A model generated the notes under the pieces. The model was given only the letters and a program-made list of their open reading frames with translations, made no database searches and was not told where the DNA came from. This document shows positions 35,109 to 46,800 of a stretch of 64,000 nucleotides of DNA, piece after piece. The DNA lies in the NCBI GenBank assembly GCA_051362555.1, contig CM120640.1, positions 1,116,001 through 1,180,000 on the forward strand, given 5' to 3'. Position numbers and translations under genes: made by a program. Source of the stretch: Lingula anatina (lineage: Eukaryota > Animalia > Brachiopoda). How positions within the stretch are numbered: the stretch's first letter is position 1; each line of letters starts with the position of its first letter.

Positions 35109-38100
35109 TCAATCCGTAGACTGAGGTGACGTAGGGGTGGAGGGTGGGTCCATAGTGGCCAGAATACGCCCCACTTCCTTCCTCTGTCCTGAAGTCATAT
35201 GTTGTGTGATGTGGACCAGGGAGTCCATGGCTACATCTGGGTTATCTTCCAGGAGGCTGGAATGACAGGTTGAAAATGAAATAACTGATCACCGACAGAG
35301 GGAATGAAAGTTCTGATACATACATTGGTGTACGAGATTTCACTGTGAAAATGTGTCTCATTAACTGTTCACGTGTGGGGTCTCAAGCTAATCAAAAACA
35401 TTTGGTGTGTTTTTTTTAGAAGTTGAATGTTGTTCTGTAATAAATGTAACGGTCTGAGAACTGTTTTTGGAAGTCCTTCAGAATGTCCTAGAACAGATTA
35501 AGAACATTTTTCATTAAAAGAAAAAAAAAAACGTTATGTTCCATGGCAGATTGAGAACCGTAAGTGAGCTTTAAATGAGACGTTTGGGAAATTATCACTA
35601 GACTGTGTGGTATTAATCACAATGTTGTATCATTGCTGTATAACTTTGTAAGTCTTGTTTCAGATTTATTTTTACTTCCATGTGAACTGAAAGATTCTGG
35701 CTAAATCGTATCTCAAATAAAGGGGACCTTTTTACAACTGTCTCAAAAGATTCAGAAATAACTGATGGAAGAATCTGAGTGTGTGTGTGCTTGAGATCTC
35801 AGCATACACTATAAAATGTGTCAGCGTGATTGCAAAATATGATGTTTTTTAAAACTCACTTTTTCAGCTTCTCAATCACGCAGTCCCTCTTCAGACATTT
35901 GAGGTTATCGTTAAACACAGAGTTTTCTTCCTCTAGAGCCTTTTCTAGCCACTCCACTACGGCAGGATTGTCTTCCCACAAATATGTCTGAAATAAAAGA
36001 ACATTCAGAGCTCTTTGTACCAGTAACCTGCAATATTCATATTTATAGTGTAGGGTTTCTTCCCACAGATATGTCTGAAGTGAAAGAACATTCAGAGCTC
36101 TTTCAGATATGTCTAAAATAAGAGATCATTCAAAGCTCTTTATATCTGAAATATCCATAATTACATTGTAGGGTTTTCCTACCACAAACATATCTGAAAT
36201 AAAAGAACATTCACAGCTCTTTATACCTGAAATATTCACATTTGTATTGTAGAATTGTCTTCCCACAAATATGTCTGAAATAAGAGAATATTCAGAGCTT
36301 CTTTTAGCTTAGTAAAATAATTAAAACACAGATGCCAAAGACAAAAGGTCATAGTAAATAAAATGCCAAACAATTTGTACAATGTATTAAAAATGTCTCT
36401 GCTATCTTTACCTTTACTGTGCCCTCGGATTCCACAAACCATCTCTTAAGCATGTTCTTCATCTGGCCGTCTGTCATCTCTTTGTTAATTTTGTAAATGA
36501 GTTTCTTGGCTTTTTCTTCTAGCAGCAGACGACGCATGCGCCAGTAGAAAAACTTCCTGCTTGTTGGCCAATCCAGGATGTCCTAGGATAAAAATCTAAA
36601 AATCTTAATCTATTTTTTTTTGTTTATTTAAGCATTTTATAAAACAATCATCATCAGATGAATAAGAATCATACACCATGAAGTAAATTATCATGTTCTG
36701 AATTCAATATAATATTCAGGTAATTATTTAAGCAATAAGTATGTATTTCCAATTAATAAAGAGCAGTATTTTTTAAGATCTAGCAATGGTTGAACTAATT
36801 CTAAAATACAAAACTTAATGCTTCAATTTGACCTCAATCTGTTTGTTAATCTTCTTACCGTGATGACCCCTTTCTCCTGCATACGCCCAGCCGTATCATG
36901 GAGGTCTGCAAACATCACTGCCACCTGGTGGTAGATTGGTGCCAGCTGTTCCTCTCTCTGCTTCAGCTGTTTCTCCAGCACCAGCTTATCTTCTTTGGAC
37001 AGAGCAGGACTGGAGATCTTCTCAGAAAGCTGGATATAGCTCGGGTCTAGTCTTCGCATAGTTTTGACCAGGTCCTTGTGACGGTATTTGATCTCCACTG
37101 TACCTGCTGGTTCTAAAACACCGCCCCTGAAATATGGAGAGTGGGAGTGATTCTATATTTGATCTCCACTGTACCTGCTGGTTCTAAAACACCACCCCTG
37201 AAATATGGAGCGTGGGAGTAAACCTATGGGAGCACGAGTCAAATGTACTTTTTGGCAAACTTTCTAAAAATGTTCAAACCTGATTTCTTTAAACCAGCAG
37301 TATGGCCAATAAGGATTATTAAGAAATCAAAAAATACAGTAAATAAGCATTATCCTCACCAGTTGTCACTGTACCCACCTGCTCTCTCTGTCGGCATACA
37401 TTTCCATGTATCTTGGATTGATTGATGGGTCAACGACCACCCAGGCCCCGCCCCTCAGCTCTCCATTGGGCGGGATATAGATCAGGATAGGCTGACGGTA
37501 CTCACGTAGACCATCCACAATGTAGGAACCAAACTTCAACACTTGGTCATACATGTCTGAAAATGGTAGCAAAGAACCTTAACCATGTAATACACTAGAA
37601 TTTATAATTATATGGAAACACAGACAGCTTATTAAGAATCAGTTTGACAATTATCAAACTCCAAATAAGCAAAGCAACTCCACCCAAAAACACCCTGAGC
37701 TTCAGAGCTAACTTGACACTAACCTTTTCACTGTAGCCTATCTCCATCGTGTCAAGTAACCTCTGACGAAAATAGTTTGACCTATTTTATATAAGCCAAT
37801 CGAATCCATGTTTCAAAATTTTTCACCAAAGTTTGGTGAAAACGCTGATTGGTTGATCGTCAATCGGCAATCCTCGGCTGATTCCGCAAGCTCCATACTA
37901 ACAACATAGTTATTGTCGAGTGCGGAGACATCCGAGTAGTTCCGAGTGGTTCCGAGTGCATAACCGTACACAAAGAAAGCGTGGAGTATATCGGAATTGA
38001 AACCAGAGCAGTATGATGCCCTGCATCATTATCTACTGAGGGATGATGTATTTTGCGTGCTGCCCACAGGTTACAGCAAGTCCCTGATATTCAGCCTTAT

Positions 38101-40817
38101 CTTTGATTGGTCCGGATTTGAACAAAGCGCGCTTTGACTCGTTCGCGTTCATTGGCTAGATCGTTCAATGAGTCATTGAGTGCGGGCTTTAAATTTGATT
38201 GGCGGGCGGCGGGGGCACTCGAATCTGGTCAGAGGTTACTTGACACGATGGAGATAGGCTACAGTGAAAAGGTTAGTGTCAAGTTAGCTCTGAAGCTCAG
38301 GGTGCCCAAAAAGGATTTTGGAATATTCTCTTTTCACTTGACAATCCCATTACGTTTCCTGGTTTCACATTTCATCCCCCTACTCCCATCCCCGGAACCT
38401 AAATTTCCATTCCCCTAAGGAGCCTCACCTTTCATTCCCCTTAAAGAACCTTACCTTTCATCCCCCCAGAGAAACCTCTCCAGTTGGCAAAGATCATGAG
38501 TGGCAGTTGTTCCCTGTTGAAGTCTTTGATGGCCTGAGCTGTCTTGTAGGCAGAGTCTGGGAACCACACCATGCCTGCCTGCTGAATGTCCTGGAGAACC
38601 AGAAGATACTACCTCTACAGACTTTCTTCTTTTTTACAAAATACAATTATTTTACTATAGGCTATAACATGGGTTATAGCAAAGTTATGAAGACGGAAAC
38701 TATACAGGAGGCAATTCAAAACTATACAAAACTGCATTTCACTTGAATACATGCTTCAAAATGACCAAGGGATACCAATTATGACACTTTTAAGGACCGC
38801 TCTACTCCTCCAGTCACAACTGTGTATAGAAAAGGTCTAATTCATAAACAGCAATAGTTCATGAATGTAGTCAAAAATGCCAATTTTCTCACAAATTAAA
38901 TTCAAATTAACGAAAAAAAAAAACCCCTAAAGCCCAAACATTAAGAACTTGTCCAGACGTTGCCTTACCTTGGCGTCAGAGTCCAGATTGGCAGGGTCGG
39001 CAGGAATGGTGACCTCTACTGTCCTGGTCTCCACACAGATCACCCCCAGGGGAATACCTCCCAACCTGAGGGGGGAGAACAAAATGTCACTAGACTGTAA
39101 TGACTCAGCTATTACTTTAACAGATAACTCAGTTTTGATTGAGATTTGGTTCTACACTCTATGCTGTCTTAAAACTTTTCCTTTAAAAAATAACATTTTC
39201 AACATTTTTGTCAAAACAACAAAGTTGTAGAAATTCACCAATCCCTCTTTTGTGGTCTTGTCATAATTTGATTTACTACTTGATATAAAGCAGACGATGG
39301 CAAGCTGGCAGTTTCAAGATCCCCAGCCTCCTCACCTAGCTCTCCCGCAGACGACAGTCTGCGCCCACGGCTGCATAATCTCCATAAAACTGTCCTTGTC
39401 AAAGAAACCATTCTGCCACACTTCTGGGCTGTCTGATATACAAAAATGAAACCCAAACATAACAAATTGAAATTTTTACAGCACATAATAAAACATTTTT
39501 TGCATTCCACATTCTCCAAAAAAAGCAAAGTCAACCTGTACAAGTGGTAACAAATTAGGAATGGAGAAATTTTTCATTAATCTCTTCTTATATAAAGTTG
39601 ATTTACTGTGTTCTTTTAAAAATTGGTGAAGCTAACAGAGTTTAAGTGTCAGTACACAGATTTTGTATTGTTTTAGTCATATCTTACTTGGGTCTGGTCT
39701 TCCTGCCAGCATCCACCGTGGGTCATAGGGGGCCCTGGTGGGCATAAAGTCCACCGTACGGTCAATGGGGTCAGTAGGTGGGAGGATGGGCAAGGGGCCA
39801 TCTCGGCACTGAAACAGTATTACAAATTATGGGCCTGAACCATATTTTAAATGCAACAAAATCATAGGTGCCTGAACCATATTTTAAATGCAGACTGAAA
39901 GTGCTTTACCCAAAGTGAAAATACATCCTGTAATGTGATGACCTCACAAAATTCTTGAACCCCATGGTTTTATTTCTAGACATTTTGTCATTAATTCTAC
40001 CTGTTATGTCTGTTTCCTTTTTACTGTTTTTCATTCACAGTCTAAATTGTTTTTTTTTATCCATTTGCATTTTCTTAGATTTCATATCTAAATATGTTTT
40101 ATTCCTTAAAGTGTCCCCAAAATAAAACTTAGCATGAGGTGACTACCTTGGGGAAGTAGGCCAGCCATTGTATAAGTTTGTAGATACCATCAAGGTCATT
40201 GGGTGCAATGTCATGAGACACTCCATTATTGTGCATGATCTGTATCCCACCGAGCTGGTTATTACTGGTGTATACCTCCCTGCCCAGCAACTGAAATAGA
40301 CAGGAAAATAAACATTCATAAATCATATAAGTTTTACTTCCTTTATAAATGTAGACATATAATTGTGGTTTGTAAGAAAGAAGGAAGACATGTCTGGGTG
40401 GACTAATGACAAGGGTCTGGGGGGGGGTCACCTAACTTGGAAAACTGGCCAAAAATCTCATTACTAATTTAAACTGGTAAATAATTATGTATGAATCAAA
40501 TCAAATGCGAATAATTTTTCTTTCACCCCATTGCTGTCCCCTCTTTCAGTCAGACATTATCTTCACTCCCTTCCTAACCCCCCTCCTCATTACCTCAATA
40601 TTTTACATTTAAGGCGTAATTTATTGCCATTGCCAGAACAAAATCTCCAAAAATCACCTATCACATCTTAGGAGCCGATTCTCACTACCAGAGAGATTAA
40701 AGTGTACCCATACAAGAGTAACTGGAAAATGCAAGTGGTAAATAAAAGAAGTGCTAGTCTTTCTTGTTTGGGAGGGGGTGGGGTGTGGACAAAAATATAC
40801 AACATCCTAATATCCAG

Positions 40818-40889
<72 letters not shown>

Positions 40890-43800
40890 TTTATTTATTT
40901 ATAGTCTAAAATCCATATAAAACGTTCAGTAGACTTTACATGGGTAAAATGAACAAAATAGGATGAATAAAGTCAATAAATGAATAGGTAGTTAAGATAT
41001 GAAAATATTAAAATATGTAGTACAATGCAAATAAATATATGAACAGTTAAGATTTTAAGATATTACAATAGATAGTACAATGTAAAAGATAAATCCAGAA
41101 GATTTTTATCTTTACTACTAAACCCATGTTCACCTTATTCAGTGCCCCTGCTCCAGTCAAGATGATATGTGAGCTCTCCACCTGTACAATTCTCTGTCCT
41201 AGTCTTACCAGGTAAGCACCTATCCCTATAGCACGACATGTCACCTGGAGGAAGACATTGAGATCATTATACATGCATTTTAATTTTACATCAATGAAAT
41301 AATGTTTGCTAAATTTAACTCTAAGTAGGGGCAAGGGTATTATTTTTCTAGCTAGAACCAAGTCCTGCTCTGTTTCTATATATAAGTTATTATTCAAAAG
41401 CTAAAACCTTGATGTAGGTAATCCTTCTTGTTGTTTTAATATTAAAGTTAATAAAGTTTCATTTTACCAGCCCATCTCTTTAGAATTGTATTGCATTAAT
41501 TGCATTCTCTGTGGAATACCACTTACAAAATTTCATTTTATCACTTTTCTCAATAACAACCAGATGGGTGAATAATCACAGATTAATAATACACAATAAT
41601 CCACATCAAATAATATAATTATAAAAATCACTATATAAATAACAGTCCATGCAATAATCCCTTACCAAGTTCATAGTAATAATGTCTTCATAGGCCTGTG
41701 ACGATTCTCCTGCTATCATGCCTGAGCCCTTCAAGTTCTCAACTCCTAAGCCGTCATCTTTCCCTGGAAATACAATATCACACAAAATATTACTAGAAAT
41801 AACCACACAGCTGGATTAATAGTGATACTGAGATACTGACTTTGACTTCAGATTAAAAAACACTTTTTACTAATAATTTCAAATTTCTGAAAACTTATTT
41901 TCTCACAAAAAACTGTCCACATGTTCAAAATCCCAACATGCAATGGTTTTGCTTTAAGAAGGATCTTAACCATTGATACAACTTAAAATATCTATGTGAA
42001 TTTTAAAAAAAAAAAAAATCATAATAATAACAATAATAACAAACAAACAAATAAATAAATAATACTCCAGTCCATCCTTACCAATGATATCTTTGATCTT
42101 GTACCTGGACTCTCCCTCGTCTTCCACCAGCTCAGCGCGGACAGAGTTTAGAGGACTGACCTTCTTGAAGTCTTCAGGACTCAGATACAGGTATTTGAAA
42201 CCCTGAAATCATAAATATCCTTGATTGTTAGAGAATTTGGAAATTCAATTTTCAGGCTTTAAGGAACACATGTTAGTATTAAAACCCTGAAATCGCAAGC
42301 ATTCTTATAATTGCTCACTCACTTTTTCACTATCATAAAAATTAAAGTGAGTCGAAGAGAAAATCAATTAGGAGAATTAACCCATCATAAATTGTTTAAA
42401 ATGCAAAACACATCATTTCCAGTTGTGAACCACCACATATTGAAAAATACTTAATGATCCAACTTCCAAGCTTATGAACATTTTTGCTCATGTTCAGTTT
42501 TCAATATCATTTTTGATGAACTGTAACAAATAGAACTAAAAATATTTATGGATACACCAAAGCTTAATTCAGCTTTCAAGTAGTGTGCTGAATCATCTCC
42601 CATCGATCCCAACAAACCCTTGCCATACCTTATCTGGGTTCTGGGTATCTTCCCAGGCGACCTTGAACAGGTGCTTCACCTCCTCTGCCAGACCGATCCT
42701 GGCGCCACTGTTAGCTGATATGTAGATACGTGGAATACCAAGTTTTCTGGCTAGCTCAGAGGCTCTCTACAACACAATGGATGGTTTTATAAAGAAAACA
42801 TCATACCACATCACTTTATGTTACACCAAGAAAAAAAAATCAGGAAATTTTGTCATTTCACACAAAGCAATACCAATTATCTTCAATACTAAAATTAAGA
42901 ATTATACAGTTTAACCAGCTCAATCTGGGGATAGACTGCATAGATTTTTTACCTAATAAGTTAACTCACATTTTACCTGGTTGATACTAAAATGCTTAAA
43001 ATCACACATTACACACACTGAAAGAGGACCACATACCATAAAGAGCAGATCTTCCTGTGGCCCAAACGAGCCAATCAGATATGTGATATCATTTCCTATC
43101 ACGATGACATCTCGCCCCAGGGGGAACTCAGGGGTATGGAGGGTCATCTTCCACGCCACCATGCCAATCTGAGGAAATCAATCAAAAATAAATTCATTGG
43201 GAGAGGAAATTTTAATTAAAGGGATGGTTAAGTTTGGCTCAGTTAAAACCAATTTTAAAGGATAAAAAAGTTCTGGTAATAGTTTTATATTTCTTGACAA
43301 CGTGCAAATAACTCAAATATCAACTGCAAAATTATTAAATCATAACAATTCATTAAAGAAATTAATGCCTCAGCTGAAGTACATTTAATGCTATCTTCCT
43401 ATTCCCTTATCTATGAAATAAAAACTTCTTAACATACTAAAAAAAAAAAGAGCCAAGGATGGTAAACAATTAAGACCACTTTACTCATATTGTAAACTTG
43501 TTTTATAGAAATGTTTCTGCCATCACCTCATTTTCTCCAGAGAGCCTGTTCATTGAGTGCAGCTCCCCCTCCTGGTCCAAGACAAGCTCCATGTAGGTGA
43601 GGACATCTTGTGGAGGCTTTTGTCCTGTCTTCCTTTCATGCTCTGCCCAAACTTTAAATAAACCCTGAAAAATGGAACAACAAAATTTTAGAATGAATCT
43701 TTTAGTTGCCAATTTTCATTGTTCTGTGAGCTGAACATAACATACAATTCACGCCAATACAGTAACAACTACATGGAATTTGTCATACGTTCTAATGTGT

Positions 43801-46800
43801 AAACAGATTTCTCATGTTTAAACTTAAAAGAAAAAACTTCAAAACTTAATTCAAAAATAATCACATAAACTTACACAACATATATCATATTTAATTTTTC
43901 ATAACTCGGAGATCAATTTGGATAACAGGCGCAGCATGTAATTGGACTTCTTCTACAATAATCATGAAACGTATCTCACCTGTCTGAAAAACTCTGGGAA
44001 GTCATAGACATAGGTAGTGTCGTTGGACTGAGCCTGAGACCTCTTCAGCTGGAGATGGTCCTTGGTCACGTACGGAGAGCTTATTAACATGCCATGTAAG
44101 GGGCCCTGCTTGGCACCATATGCTTGAAACATTATCTGAAATATACGGAGTGTAAGGACAAAATAATATTGAGTGTATTAAATGAACTGTATTGTTAAGC
44201 TGCTCAACTTTATTTTTAATGCTTAATTAAATGTTTATAAAAGTCAAAATCTGCTGTTATGAAGAAAAGCAAACCTGTGTCCATCTTATACACTTACATT
44301 TATTATATTCTTTTTGAATATTTAAAGTTAAATAAAAAAACAGATTATCCAATTTTGTAAAAATTCATTTCCAGTCACCAATGTTTATAAAACTTGGCTC
44401 AACTCCTACCTGCCCTGTGCGTAAGTCAGTGACCTCCCTGTACATACTGATGTCTAAGTAATAGCCACTCTCATTGGTCAGAAATAGACGAATAGGAAGA
44501 CGCTTTCCATTGGTGGTTAACCTAGAAAGTATACCGTATATTGCCATGGATGTGAAATATGTGAGAAAAGGAACTCTACTTTTAGGATTTAAGACCAATT
44601 TGATCCCAGAAAATTAATCATTTAGACAGATATGATAAGTTTTCAACCTACCTGATGGTCATTTTCAGTTCAGCCTGCAGTACTCTGAGTTTCCAAAGTC
44701 TGTGACCATATCTCATTACCATGCTACGGACAGTCTCCTCCAACTTTAAGGGGAAAATACAAAATAATAGTATCACACTACAAATACCTCTCAGAAATTA
44801 AATTTACTATAAAGGTTATTGCACATAAATTGTTTTTTGTTTAGTTTAAGCAACCCTATTTTTTGCAACTGATTTTGAATACCTTATCAAAGAGATATCA
44901 CCTACAAATTGTTGTACAGCATAGTTAAAATATCTTAAAATACACACAACATTCTCTTAATCCATGTAGAATAATATATATTTAACCTGTTAATTTAATG
45001 ACAATTTTCAAACACAAAACTGATGACACCAGTAAACAACACCAAAAAAATAAATATTGGTTAATAAGTAATAAAATATGTTGAAGTATGTTAGAAAGAA
45101 CCATGAAAACCACCTATTACCTTGGTTGGGTCCGTCAGAGCCAATGTTGGAGCAAAATTCAGGAAGATATGGTTACAATCTGCTCGCCGTGACTACAAGA
45201 AATAAAATATTAGATGTTTCCCATTCACTATACCAATGTGCAAGATCTAATTGCCAGTGCAGGATTAAAATGTCCAATCCATCCTACGGTTAAACCCTCT
45301 TATATGACAGAAAACATGCAGGAAGGCAACTTTCATGCACCTTTGCACAACAATGAGGCGCATGTGCAATTAACCCATTTCTGCTGGTCATCGTGTTGTG
45401 CATATTTCTGGTAATGTATAGAAAGCATGCAGTCAGAGGGGGCAAGGGTCCCAGGCTCCAAGTTGAACTCATTGGACTCTTAAAGCTGTCATCACACCAG
45501 ATATGGCATCAGACCAGAAATCAACCAAACATATTAAAACATCAATATAGCGTCCATGGAACACACTTCAATGACTGGGCTCACTAAAGACAAGTACAAT
45601 TTAGCCAAAAACTGAGTGATTTCCAATAAGATGTGTGATGACAGCTTTCACCTCCAATGTTGATCTGGTGAGGCGGGGAAAATTTAGATCCCTATGTCAG
45701 CTGACACCTCTTTGATGGGAGTGATTAACTGGTGCAGTACAAACTGAACATTTAACAACAACAACAACAAAACAACAACATGACAATAACAGTAACAAAG
45801 ATGGCATAAAGATGTGTTGCCTCCAACCTTGTCGTAATCCATAACAACAGTGGCCACCGAATTTAGGAATATGTGGTTACTGTTGGCACTTTTGAACTAA
45901 ATGGAAAAATCACAATTAACAACATTTTAATGGTGCTAAAGCAAATGATGTAAAAGGAGAAAAATAACTGAAAATGAATTCCAACATCTACAAATGAGAA
46001 CATGTATATAACAGTAAATCAACCTTTAGATCACATATAAAAACAGCAATATGACATCTAACAGTATTTGTCCATGAATTTGTTCTTGAACTAAATATTA
46101 TGTATAACTTAACTTGAACAATTCAGTGATATCCAGTCACTGGCTTTATGAACTGTTACTAAGACTGAACAGGCTGACTAATTTGGACAAACAAATGCAC
46201 ATAACTATATTTGATGAAGATCCTGCAGGTATACAGGAATAAAACTGAACAGTTGTTATAAACAGTCAGCTGACTGTAGCCAAGAAACAACAAGATTCTG
46301 TATTAATTTTGTTTCAATTGTTGGTTTTTTGGGCAATGGAACCTTGACATTTATCTATAGTAATGTGGATCCCAATGGTGTCACTTACATCACTGTGGGA
46401 GAAAGCCACCTCTAGAGCATCCATAGCTTCCAGTAACGTCCGCTCACCCTCATTCTGCAGATACTCAAATGATGCCTCCTATTGGACGAAAAACAATTTA
46501 TTGGGTGAAAAATTACAATATAATACAAAAATAAGTATATAAATCAAACAGGTTGAAATACTGTAGTCAGGCATTCACTGAGATCAAATCTATTTATTTC
46601 AATCAAAATACTCACAGCAACGTGAAATCATTTATTAGGTAACACTTTTTAAAAACTGAAACATTATTTCAATTTAAATTAAGATTTAGTTAAGTTAAAA
46701 GTGCTGCCTGTTCTAAACCCTTATTTTATAACTGTGTTAATGCCTACCTTTGTCACAAGATCAGAGTGTCTAATGATTGACCTCACAAAGAATCTGTAGT

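Noticed and set aside
39820-39892. Short two-copy repeat next to an ACC acceptor
   Set aside because: It does not include the AG or exon sequence, so it was not counted among the junction-spanning arrays.
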